Origin: Lama guanicoe
Lineage: Eukaryota
Direction of reading: 5' to 3'
DNA: 20,000 bases
Assembly (NCBI GenBank): GCA_013239625.1
Contig: PNXV01000239.1
Location: 233,036 to 253,035, forward strand
Both the position numbers and the translations under genes were made by a program. This document shows, piece by piece, positions 1 through 10,366 of the stretch. Numbering within the stretch: the stretch's first letter is position 1; the number at the start of each line of letters is the position of its first letter. The notes under the pieces are model-generated. The model saw only the letters and a program-made list of their open reading frames with translations. It was not told the origin of the DNA and searched no databases.

Positions 1-108
1 TACAAGGGGCACAGGGCCAACAAAGTGCTGTTTCTGGGGAACCTGAAGAAGCTGCTGTCCACGGGCACATCCCGATGGAACAACCGGCAGGTGGCCCTGT
101 GGGACCAG
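1..108 (+). CDS. CORO2A: Coronin-2A internal coding exon, 5' truncated by the window edge (WD40 propeller; YKGHRANKVLFLGNLKKLLSTGTSRWNNRQVALWDQ)
   Basis: Frame-1 translation gives the coronin motif STGTSRWNNRQVALWD. Ends CAG|GTGAGT (canonical donor at 109), phase 0. Confidence 0.95.
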
Positions 109-169
109 GTGAGTCTCCCGCACGACCCCACAAGGCCTCTCACCAGCGCTCCTCAGCTGAGTGCTGGCT

Positions 170-430
170 TCCTTCATTCATTCACGCATTCACTCACTGA
201 TCGAACTGATTGATGAAAACCAGGGAGGTGCCAACAGCCCAGTGACACTCACCCAGACCTTGTGCATCTTGTCGTTCAAGAGAGGGGAGGGGTCAGGACC
301 CAGGAGAGGCCCTGGTGTAGAGAAGGGAAGGTGGCTGAGTCTGAGACCAGGGCTGGGGGAGGGAGAGAGAGAGGGCCTTCTGGGTGGAGGGAACAGCTGG
401 AACAAGGACTTGGAATGAAATAGGGAGGCG
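170..430 (-). mobile_element. Degraded LINE-2 3' fragment
   Basis: CATTCATTCA-type terminal repeat at ~174-200 followed by L2-like purine-rich sequence. Recognised by eye. Confidence 0.5.
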
Positions 431-802
431 TGTGTGTGGGAGGAGCTGCCTGTTCAAGGTGGTAGGGGTGGGAGTGAGGCCCAGCCAGACCAAGTAGTAT
501 TGATTTGAAGGAGCACTCGGAGTCATTTCCTCTCTGAATTTCCTTCTTCATCTATCATCGTAGATAGAAAACAGGAGGGGGAGGGCTGGAGTGACATCAT
601 GCGTGTGAGAAGTAATTTATTAAAGGCAAAATACTGGCGGGATAAAAGGTGGTACGCTCTCCCGCATGGCACAGGCACGCGCACACGCACACGTGTATAC
701 ACACCCACCCCAGAGCCCCATGGCGGAGATTCTTACCTCCAAGCACCACCGAGGGCGTCCGTGAATGACCCACAGGCCTTCCTGGTCTCCGTTCCTTTGC
801 AG

Positions 803-907
803 GACGACCTTTCTGTGCCTCTCACAGAGGAGGACCTGGATGGCTCCTCAGGTGTGCTGTTTCCCTTCTATGATGCGGACACCAACATGCTCTACGTGGT
901 GGGGAAG
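803..907 (+). CDS. CORO2A: Coronin-2A coding exon (DDLSVPLTEEDLDGSSGVLFPFYDADTNMLYVVGK), 105 nt
   Basis: Polypyrimidine tract + TTGCAG acceptor (AG 801-802). Donor AAG|GTCAGT at 908. Coronin signature LDxSSGVLFPFYDxDTxMLY. Phase 0/0. Confidence 0.96.
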
Positions 908-1690
908 GTCAGTCTGGCACCAGAGGGAGTTGGCTGCCCGGACCCCTGAGGCAGGAGGCAGAACTACCCTGAGTCTAGTCCCGCCTGTGGTCAGACAGCA
1001 GCCTGGGACCCTTGTGGGGCAGGGCAGGGGAAGGGACAGGCAAGAGTGGATACTCTGCACCTGTGGTGAGCTCGCACCCCTCTCCCACCTTCCTGGCTCC
1101 ACAGGAACACCTGGGGTCAGGGCTTTGGCCAGACACCCTGAGCTAGCCCCTCCCCAATTCTGGGTCCAGATGAGGAGGAACCAGTTGGTGTTTCTCAGCA
1201 GGGGTACCTTCGACTTTGGGGCAGGGGGTCCTCACTGGATAGGACTGTTCTGTATTTGGCATCCCTCGCCACTCCTACCCACCAATGCCAGGAGTAGCGC
1301 CTGCCCACCCCACCCCACCCTGCCCCGCCCAGTCCCTGTGTCAGTGACTACCAGAAATGCCCTCAGGGACAAGACCTGCTAGATGGTCTCAGGACACCCC
1401 ACTTCTGACCTTCGTGTGCAGCTCTCAGATAGGAGTGGGATTCAGGCCTGTGCTCCCAGAGCCTCTGCCCTGGAGGCACATGGGTGGGCTTCGGGTCATG
1501 GTTGGGGGGACTGAGTGTTAAAATGAGGACCTCCCTGTTGCCTTGGTGATAGTTCCTTACTGTGCCCTTGTGTGAGGTGGCTCTGCCAACTCTTCACTCA
1601 CAGTGAATGCCAAGTTTCTGCTGTAGGGCAGTGGGGGCCAGCTGGGAGGCTGATGGGACCTAGCTCTGAATCATACCCTCCCCTCCTCAG

Positions 1691-1787
1691 GGAGATGGGA
1701 ACATCCGCTACTATGAGGTAAGCGCCGACAAACCTCACCTGAACTACCTGACTGAATACCGCTCCTATAACCCGCAGAAGGGGATCG
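1691..1787 (+). CDS. CORO2A: Coronin-2A coding exon (GDGNIRYYEVSADKPHLNYLTEYRSYNPQKGI), 97 nt
   Basis: Acceptor CCTCAG (AG 1689-1690). Donor G|GTGAGT at 1788. The coronin motif GKGDGNIRYYE is rebuilt across the junction. Not in the ORF track. Confidence 0.96.
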
Positions 1788-2107
1788 GTGAGTGTGGGAC
1801 AACGAGGCCACTTGGGGCCTGGGGATCAGGGATATCACATGCAGGTCCTGCCCACACTGGGGAGGAGAGATGGTGGGTCAACAGTCTTGAGTGGATGGGA
1901 GCTCTAGTCGAGGTGTGCTGGGAGCACACAGAAGGAAGTCGTGGAGGGCTTCCTGGAGGAGGCAACATTTAAGGAGCCAAAAGAGAAGCAGAGCACAGCA
2001 TGGGCAGTGGATGAAGGTGTTCTGGCCCAAAGTTAAGCAGTTATAACAGTAGCAAGGAGATGGGAGATGTTGACCAAGAGAGGCCCTACTTTTTAAGTGC
2101 ATTTAGG

Positions 2108-2245
2108 GATAAAAAAAAAAGATGTAACTATACGCTGTCTACAGGAAACCCACTTACAAATGAAGACACAGTTAGATTAAAAGTAAAGGGATGGAGAAAG
2201 ATAGCATTCTAACAGAATCAGAGGAAAGCTGGAGCTGCTCTATAA
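2108..2245 (+). mobile_element. LINE-1 ORF2 endonuclease N-terminal fragment (degenerate)
   Basis: Translates, with a frameshift, as IKKKDVTIRCLQETH / EDTVRLKVKGWRKI / NQRKAG. This matches the L1 ORF2p start pattern IKKQDPxICCLQETH...RLKVKGWxKI...NQKKAGVAI. Confidence 0.85.
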
Positions 2246-2433
2246 AGAGCATCTGGGTCGGGAGCCATGGGGATGGCGATGGAGGGCCTTGAGCAGAGCA
2301 CCCTTCCTGTAAAAGTTTAGCCAAAATCATTTAAATCCTTGAAAGTAGGGATAAGGTTTGATGATTTCAACCCCATTTCGCTAGCACAGGCCCTGGTCCA
2401 GTGTGGGACTGTTTATTGTGGGGAGGATGGTAG

Positions 2434-2712
<279 letters not shown>

Positions 2713-3003
2713 TGAAGGACCCTGGGGCCTGGAGCCCTTGCCCTTGGGGCAGCAACAGGGGTACTGATGGCCCCTTGTCAAGGGGAAGGCCTTTCTGGTG
2801 GTCAGCACACTGTCACTGGGAGCTAGGCTTCCTGAGTGTCACTCCACCTGTGCTCTTGAGTGGCTCTGTGACCGTGGGCACATCCCTTTGCTCTCTGGGC
2901 CTCTGTTTCCTGAACTCACGAGGGTTGGGAAAGCCTGAACCCCCAGCTCTCTAAGGGCCCTCCCGCACCATCCCCACTCTCACTGTCCTGACTTCTCCTG
3001 CAG

Positions 3004-3094
3004 TCAGAATCCTACCAAGAGGACATCTACCCACCCACGGCAGGTGCCCAGCCCTCTCTGACAGCCCAGGAGTGGCTCAGTGGGATGAATAAAG
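3004..3094 (+). CDS. CORO2A: Coronin-2A coding exon (SESYQEDIYPPTAGAQPSLTAQEWLSGMNK), 91 nt
   Basis: Acceptor CTGCAG (AG 3002-3003). Donor AAG|GTGAGA at 3095. Coronin C-terminal extension motif SxxYQEDIYPxT...EW. Confidence 0.95.
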
Positions 3095-3584
3095 GTGAGA
3101 AAGGCAGAGAAAAGGCCTCAGGTGAATGTGGGGAGACAATGGCATGTCCAGTGCCAGGGTGGCTGAGAGGGGTTTGCCTGGTATTTGTGTTCTCCTGTTA
3201 CCCCATAACCCTGGACTGGTCCTCGACAGTCAGTCCCCAGTGGTTAGGATGGTCACATATGGGTCCAGAAAGGGAGAGGCTTGTCCCAAGTGGCTCTGGA
3301 AACTCCCTCTGAATCAAAGGATTTTGCTCCACGAAAAGCATCTTTAAACTCTGGGCTGTGCAGAGTGACTGGATAATCTCAGCTGGCTGCCCCCTGCCCA
3401 TCCTCCCGCCACCTCTGCAATTACATTCTAACTCCAGAGACTCTAGGCACGAGCCCCTGCCTGGACCCTTCTGCCCACTCTGTCCTCCCTGACTCTCCCT
3501 CCCTGGCCTGTCAACATAAGGGCCTGTGCAGGGGAAGGCAGTGTGTGCTCCCACCCTGGTTCCCGCTCCTCAGCTGTCTTGTAC

Positions 3585-3790
3585 CCCCTCCCTTTTATGT
3601 GTAACCCTTAGTCTCGCTCTTGTCTGGGCTCAGTTTCCTCATTATATCCGTGATGCCTGCCTCCCCGGCTTCTGAGGGTGTTGGGAGAATTCATGAACTG
3701 GTAGATGGCAGAGTGCAACACGGGTGGGACTCTCCTTACAAAGCAAGGTCAAGGCTTTGCCTGAGCAGCTTGCGGTGTTGGGGGGCAGCT
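3585..3790 (+). mobile_element. MIR SINE remnant
   Basis: MIR core CTGGGCTCAGTTTCCTCAT at ~3624-3642 and downstream GGGTGTTGGGAGAATT. Confidence 0.6.
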
Positions 3791-3825
3791 CCTACAAACC
3801 AGGCCTCCTTTAGATAATCATAACG

Positions 3826-3963
3826 AGTGTGTATTTACGCTCCTATTGCTGCACTCTGTGGGTTTGTGCCTGTGCACGTGGCCATGTCTCCCACACCTGT
3901 CACGTGTATCACTGTGTTTGTGTGTGGCTCTGTGCATGTCTGTGTGCCTGCATGTGTCAGTGT
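3826..3963. repeat. Degenerate (TG)n low-complexity tract
   Basis: Many TGTG runs (GTGTTTGTGTGTGGCTCTGTGCATGTCTGTGTGCCTGCATGTGTC). Confidence 0.6.
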
Positions 3964-4025
3964 CCCCCACACCCATCTGCTCCGGGGCGACTCAGTCCTC
4001 ACACAGCTCTTTGCTTCCCTCCCAG

Positions 4026-4300
4026 GGCCAGTCCTGGTGTCCCTTAGGCCTGGCTCCGAGCTGCTGAGCACTCGTCCTCTGCCCCCAGAGAGACCCCTCT
4101 CCAACCCCATGGCCCCCACCTCGCCTCTGCTCTTCAACCAGAGGGAAAAGCTGGGTGCAGAAGATGGCCGGAGGCCCTTCTCCCTGCTGGAGGAGAAGGC
4201 ACCAAGGTGGGCGGCAGAACACAGGCTGGAGGAGAAGAAAACTTGGCTCACAAATGGCTTTGACATCTTTGAGTGCCCCCCACCAAAGACGGAGAATGAG
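4026..4300 (+). CDS. CORO2A: Coronin-2A penultimate coding exon, unique/linker region (GPVLVSLRPGSELL...WLTNGFDIFECPPPKTENE), 275 nt
   Basis: Acceptor TCCCAG (AG 4024-4025). Donor GAG|GTGCGA at 4301. 91+275 nt restores phase 0. PPKTENE matches type II coronins as I recall them. Confidence 0.93.
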
Positions 4301-4589
4301 GTGCGAACAGGGGTGGGGTGGTCCTGTGTGGGGAAGGGGCAGCTGTGAGCAGCTGGGGTGGGGAGGGAGGAAATGAGGGCTGAGAAAAATAATCAGCTGC
4401 ATGACCTGGCCACTTAACTCACTTTGCTGAGCCATTCAACAAAGAAGTAATGAGCACCTTCTGTATGCCAAGATGGTGGGTTTACTTACAGATAGTGGCG
4501 AACCATCTGTAGAACGAAGAGAGTTTGACTTGGTGGGTATTAAATTCCCTCCCAGTTCTGAAACTAGGATTTTCTGTGCTCTCAGAGTC

Positions 4590-5060
4590 AATATTTGTTA
4601 AATGCCTACTGTGTGCCAGGTCCTGGGTAGGTAGGCACTTCGATCTGATTGAATTTTCTCAACAGCCCTGGGAGTCAGGATGTGGTGGCTGAAAACACAA
4701 GGACTGGTGCCTCACAGAGGGATTCTGAGCCTGGCCTTATGGAGCCTCTAGGATGTTAGAGCTGGGGGCTGAATCTCTTAGCTTCGGTTTCCATGGTGGT
4801 AAAGTAAGGATGCTAATAATATCACCCTCATAAGGGTCTTGTCAGCACCTAGTGGAATAACGAAGCTCCTTAGGGGGTACACTTAACATCTAGTGCCATG
4901 CTATATAGCAGCAGCAATTGTCATAATGCTGGGGTTAGTTTTCTGATCTCTAGTTTCCAGAGGAGGAAACTGAAGCTCAGAGAGGGTAAGTAACTTGCCT
5001 GAGGTCACACAGTTTAGTGGTGGTAAAAACTCTGGTCTCCAAGACTTCAGGGCCAAGTAT
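4590..5060. mobile_element. Cluster of MIR remnants in both orientations
   Basis: GCTTCGGTTTCC...TAAAGTAAGGAT at ~4781-4811. Opposite-orientation core GAGGAAACTGAAGCTCAGAGAGGGTAAGTAACTTGCCTGAGGTCACACAG at ~4963-5012. Confidence 0.7.
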
Positions 5061-5318
5061 CCTTTGCTCCACTCATGGGGGAATCTAAGGAGGCAGAAAA
5101 CTTCTGAAACTTCAAATCTTTTTGAATTTCATTTACTGGGTGATGAAAAGGTTTTTGTAAAACTTCTATGCCATGGATGCCCCCTCAGCCTCAGCCACCT
5201 TAATCACCCCACCTTTCTGCTTCAAAGAGAAGTAATGTTTTATGCTTTCTGCTGGTGTCATGCCGCCTCATATCCCAGGACATCCGGGTGACCTTCCCTC
5301 TGCTCTATGCTTTCCTAG

Positions 5319-5450
5319 CTGCTACAGATGTTCTATCGGCAACAGGATGAGATCCGAAGGCTCCGGGAGCTGGTGACCCAGCGCGAGGTCCAGGCCAAAC
5401 AATTGGAACTGGAGATCAAAAACTTGCGGATGGGCTCAGAGAGGTTCTGA
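5319..5450 (+). CDS. CORO2A: Coronin-2A terminal coding exon, coiled coil (LLQMFYRQQDEIRRLRELVTQREVQAKQLELEIKNLRMGSERF*)
   Basis: Acceptor TTCCTAG (AG 5317-5318). In-frame TGA at 5448-5450. Heptad pattern matches the recalled CORO2A C-terminus. Confidence 0.95.
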   Translation: MLQMFYRQQDEIRRLRELVTQREVQAKQLELEIKNLRMGSERF

Positions 5451-5934
5451 GCAGAGGTCTCTGCCCTCCTCGCCTCAGGGACACCACTCGGCTCCACGGG
5501 GAGGTCCAGAACCAAACCACAGGTCCCCCAAGAACAGCCACTGTTTCTATATTTTTTACCAGAAATGAAACTCTTGGTTGCTGAAGGATTCCAGTGGGAC
5601 CTGGTGCCGTTTTTCTATTTGCCTTCTCGAAAAACAAGTGTCTGAATTGACTCTTTTTAGATGATACCTTGCCTTCTGTTTAATTGCTTTGAAGGGTCCA
5701 CAATAACTTCTCAAGGGGAAGAACATTGTAGAGTTAGAGCTGGAAGGACCAAAGAGGTGAACCTGCCTGGAATTTCAAACTGTGGTCCATAAGCAAGGGG
5801 AGAAGGCTAAGCAGGAGGGCTCTGCCCTCTGCCTGCTGTTGCAACCAGACAGCTCCCCTCCTTTCTGTTTTATATATTGGCTTCTAAGGAATACAGAATT
5901 CTGCTACTGAAAGAGAATTTTGGTTTAAAAACCA

Positions 5935-6200
5935 GTAATGTGGCCCAACCTCCTTATTTGACAGGTGGGGAAACTGAGGCCTGGAGAGGCAAGTAATCAA
6001 TCGGTCCCCAGAGAGTTCATGGCAGGGCTGGGCTGAGCACCTGGTCTCCTGGGTCTCTCTCTGCTGTTTGATGCAGCAGATGTGCAGGTCTCAGCCCACG
6101 GGGCAGGAATCTGTTGGTTCTGGCCTCAGCTGTGTCCCTGACTTGCTCAGTGACTTCTTGCAAGTCATTCCCTCTCTGGTCTCACTTTCTCTGTCTGAAC
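5935..6200. mobile_element. MIR remnants within CORO2A 3' UTR
   Basis: ACAGGTGGGGAAACTGAGGC at ~5961-5980. Opposite-orientation GTGACTTCTTGCAAGTCATTCCCTCTCTGGTCTCACTTTC at ~6150-6189. Confidence 0.6.
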
Positions 6201-6924
6201 AAGGGGGCCCTTGGAATGGGCTGTCCTCTGTAGGATCTGCCGCCTGAGATAAGAAACCTTGGCCTTGACCTGAAGAAAACTACATGTAGGGTGATGATCT
6301 GGGTTTGCTGCAGGAACGCAAAAGACATTGACAAAGAGGCAGCAAGAGTTTAACTTCAGGGAAATAAGTCAAGGTTCAGCAGTAGAACACAGGCTGGAGG
6401 CCACTCTCTCTTCAACCAGAATCCATCGGATGTGGATACACACTATTCCTTATGTGGGGATGCAGACAGCAGAGTGGTGCCCATGACCACTGACTGCCAC
6501 CACCAAAGCCCTCAGGTCACAGAGCCTGCCTCCAGGATGATGTAAGCAGATTTCAGGCCAGGGTAAAAGAAGTCTCCAGGAGGTAGTGAGCCCCACACTG
6601 GAAGTGTGCCAGCAGAACCCCATGGCTGGCCACCCATGAAGGCTTCTGGAGTAGGATGACTACACCAGGCAAGGAAGTGGGACCAGTTGGCCCTGACCTT
6701 CCCTTCTGGCCTGAGAGTTTTTCTGTGTCCCTCCTTTATGAATCTGTGTTCTGAGCCCTTTCTCTAAGGTTCTCTCTTTTTCAGTGGTCAATACAGCAGC
6801 CCAGCTAGAGATGGGGAATGTTGGGAGTTAAATGTGCCCCTCCTTGCCAAGGAGGTGCAGATGATGAGTTTTGCCCATTGCACAGGATGATTCTGGAGCC
6901 AAGATGGGAACAGCAGGAGGTCAC

Positions 6925-7112
6925 CTAGCCTGGTAGGTTTCAACCCAGGCTGTACATTAGAATCCCCTGGGAGCATTCAGGAAATAGATACCCAAGCCCA
7001 ATCCTGGACCAACTGAAGTTCAATCTCCAGAGTAGGGCCTGGCCTTGTGTATGTTTTTATAAGTTTCCAGGTGATTCTGCAATACAGTGAGGATAGAGAC
7101 CCACTGGGCTAG
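6925..7112. mobile_element. MER5A-like hAT-Charlie DNA transposon (MITE) in CORO2A 3' UTR
   Basis: GCTGTACATTAGAATCCCCTGGGAG ... TTTTATAAGTTTCCAGGTGATTCTG ... GAGACCCACTG resembles MER5A as recalled. Short inverted ends CTAGCC/GGCTAG. Confidence 0.8.
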
Positions 7113-8190
7113 TCAACTTTACCTATTTGCAGTAAAGATGAGGACAGTGAGTACCAGACAGGTTCTGAGACTCCAACTCCATCTTCTAAGCCCAGGCTGG
7201 AAGCTCCTAAAAACATCAAGAAGCATTATCCAGGGTGTCTCTGGGACCCCCAGCTGCAACACGAAAAGGGCTCTGTGCTCCTGACTGCCCCCTCCGCTAG
7301 GTGAGGCTACAGTCACCTTGTGTGCCCGCACATGCTAGATGCCCACGATCCTTGTCGTGTTTACTCAGCTGCTGGGGCCCGCCAAGCTTGCCAAAGGCCA
7401 AATCCCAGGCATTGTCAGGGAATCAGAGCTCCGCTGGATGGGATTACCTCTCCCACCTCATTTGTGGCCAGCACTTCGCAGTTTACGTAGTCCTCCCACC
7501 TCCACTCACTGACACATCCTACTCTAATACGGGTCAGCTAGGCGTTAATGATCCCCACGTTCAGAAGGGAAGACCTAGCCTCAGAGAATGAAGAATCGTC
7601 AAGCCCAAGCCCAAAGGCACTGGCTGCCAGGCGTGGAGGTGGGGCTGGTCTGGGAAGCTGCCTGCATGCCTCCTCTTCACAGAGCCATCCCGCCCTTCTC
7701 AAGCTCTCCCCGCCCCTAAGGGACCCAGACCTCATGCTTACGAAGGCATCCATGAACAAACTTCTTTTTTCTTTTTTTTTTACATCTACGGTAAATTATT
7801 TAAATTATTTCACAGCAAGGGAGAGGGATAGGTAATTTTTATCAGATATTTTTTAAGCCATTTTTTAAAATTACATTTATGTTCTTGCCTGATGAAATGG
7901 GACTTGCCCAGCACTTGCAGGGCCCTCAGGCTCAGGGCAAGCAGAATGTGTACTCATCTCCTTACTCCATATCCTGGGAGCCCCCTGACTGTTGACTCAG
8001 GAACTTTCTGAGAATGAAGACAGCCCTGGGAGATGAGCTTTGGGGTGTATCCACCTTAGCTCTGCAATCATTGAGACTGTATCAAGCAGGAAGTGAGAAA
8101 TTAATCTATGCTTTTCATATGAAACCGTGCCTGAAACAGTTTGATTGGTTTAATGTTGTTTCTGAAATTCCTTGTACCTTTGTAAAAAAA

Positions 8191-8214
8191 AATAAAATAA
8201 TATAAAGAAATAAA
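8191..8214 (+). terminator. Polyadenylation signal cluster for CORO2A (AATAAA at 8191-8196 and 8209-8214)
   Basis: Two canonical hexamers preceded by TGTA motifs (CFIm-type) in TTGTACCTTTGTA. A further AATAAA lies at 8445-8450. Confidence 0.7.
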
Positions 8215-9114
8215 AGTGAAAATATAAATAGATGTGGAATCGTGCAATGGAAAGAATGTGATAAAATAATAAACATCTGCCTAGACATTTTAATACATAG
8301 AGCTTTCCTTTTCTTGATTTGTTTCATAAATACCAATTTCCCTCACTATCTGAAAAGTAGAGGTTCTTGTGAAATCTTTCATAAGTCAAAATGGCTAAAG
8401 TGAAGAAGCAGTAACATTAACACATCGTGCTAACAGGTACACAAAATAAATCAAGATAAAGCACAAATGCTCACAGATACAGTTCAAAGCTATGCCTGCT
8501 TAATGTTGACATGCTGAGTGCTCCTTCCCCAGGAAGGAGCTTGGCGGTGCCACTCTCACTGCTTGGGGTGCACGGGGTGGGGGGTGCACGCTGCCTCTAT
8601 AATGGCTCCCTGCAAAACAAACACTGAATGCTCTTTTCGCTTTTTGCATGCAAGGGAAACTTCACTTCAGATTTCTTTGTTAGGGAAAACAAGTACTAAT
8701 ACAGGTCTTTCGTAAAAGCAAGGTGGCATAAAGTGAACTTTTGAAAATACCTGTAAGTACCTATTTGTTTGGGCCAGAAACCAGGCTGGGAAACAGGCAA
8801 GACAGACTTGGTTCCTGCCCTCCAATCAGTTTTCAGTCGTAGTTGGAAGGAAGGGCAGGGCCTGGGCAGGGGATGTGCAGGCTGCTCTGGGAGATGCAAG
8901 AAAGGCTTCCTGATACTTAGGCAGAAACTTGGAGGATAAACAGGAATAAATGGGGCAATGGGCATATGGGGAAAAGAGTGTTCTGAGCACTCTTTGGAAC
9001 TACTTGTTCCCTGGTCTGGAAATGAGCAAAGGATGGAGCACAGACAGGGCAGAGATCAAGGATATTAAGTGTACGAAGAGCCAAGGGCCTTGTAGGTGAG
9101 AGCTGAGATGTCTC

Positions 9115-9878
9115 CCTAGCTTTACTGAGGTATGAGTCACAAAAATTGTATCTACTTAGGTTGTATGTGATTTCTTAAGGTGTACAATGTGATGATTTAA
9201 TATATAAATACATTGTAAAGTGATTACCACAATCAAGTTAATTAATACATCCATCACTTCATATTGTTACCATTTTTCATGTGTGGTGAGAACAGCTGAG
9301 ATTTACTCTCAACAAATTTCAAGTATACAATTTAGTATTATTAACTATATTCACCATGCTGTACATTAGATCCCCAGAACTTATGCCTTCTGTAACTGAT
9401 GGTTTGTACCCTTTTCCTTCACTCCATCTTTTTCCGCTAGCCTCTGACAACTACCCTTCCACTCTGTTTCTATGAGTTTGACTTTTTTTTTTTTTTTCAG
9501 ATTCACATATTTAGATACCATACAGTATATGTCTTTCTCTGTCTGGCTTATCTTACTTAGCATAATGTCTTTCAGGCTCATTCACTTTGAAAATGGCAGG
9601 ATTTCCTTTAAGTCTAAATAACATTTCACTATATATACATACATATACCACATCTTCTTTATCCATTCTTGGAAACTTATGTTATTTCCGTATTTCGGCT
9701 ATTGTGAATAATGCTGCAGTGAACATGGACGTGCAGATCTCTCTTTGAGATATTGACTTCATATTCTTTGGAATATACACCCAAAAGCCGGATTGTTGGA
9801 TCACGTGGTAGCTCTAGTTTTAATTTTTTGAGGAACCTCCTTACTGTTTTACATAATGGCTGTACCCATTCACTTCCG
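9115..9878 (-). mobile_element. LINE-1 (L1MA/L1MB-type) 3' end, antisense, between CORO2A and TRIM14
   Basis: Typical antisense L1 3' UTR motifs: AGCTTTACTGAGGTAT, TCTCTGTCTGGCTTAT, GGCTATTGTGAATAATGCTGCAGTGAACATGG, TTTTTGAGGAACCTCC. Confidence 0.9.
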
Positions 9879-10310
9879 TGGATGTTGAAACTTTAGCATG
9901 GGGGCAACTGGAGTTTCCAGAGTGATTTTCCACAATTGAGGGAATAGCTAATTCTCTTGGGGAAAGGGCAAGAGACAATTAAGGGAAAGGGAAAAGTGTA
10001 AGTAATGCACAGCATCCGGGAAGGCCACAGCCAACTTTGGTTCCTGACGAGCGTCACTTAGCAGGGAACCCCACCTCCTTCCAGTTAGCCCATTAGAAGC
10101 AAGCCCCCAATGTGCTGTGGCCGCCTCCAGGCCAGACACAGAGCCGGCTAGACCGGGCCTGAGCCCTCCCTGCCAGGGCAGGTGGGCCGGAGAGCACCCT
10201 GCTGCCCCGAGGGTGATGATACTGCGACTGTCCCCCGGCCGGGGGCGCCCTGTAGTTCGTCCTTCCCTCCCGGAACTGGGCCGACCCAGAGCGCCCCGCC
10301 CCACCGCCCA

Positions 10311-10322
10311 AGTTTCGATTCC
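10311..10322. promoter_or_regulatory. ISRE/IRF element adjacent to GC box
   Basis: AGTTTCGATTCC (reverse GGAATCGAAACT) ~45 nt upstream of the ATG. TRIM14 is an established interferon-stimulated gene. Confidence 0.8.
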
Positions 10323-10366
10323 CTGCTTGCCCCTGGCTGCGGCGCAGCGGCCCGAAACGGGTGAAA

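Larger units (their letters stand above)
5451..8240 (+). other. CORO2A: CORO2A 3' UTR (3' end approximate)
   Basis: Follows the stop codon. First clustered AATAAA signals at 8191 and 8209. U/AU-rich block at ~7760-7885. Confidence 0.7.

Noticed and set aside
765..1382. 205-aa + strand ORF overlapping a CORO2A exon
   Set aside because: Out of frame with the coronin exon, runs through intron, and has no recognisable homology.
3088..3093. AATAAA inside a CORO2A coding exon
   Set aside because: It encodes N-K and abuts the splice donor, with no GU/U-rich element at the proper distance. Unlikely to be a used poly(A) signal.
5448..5456. Possible stop-codon readthrough of CORO2A
   Set aside because: Context is TGA-GCAG, not the TGA-CTAG readthrough motif.
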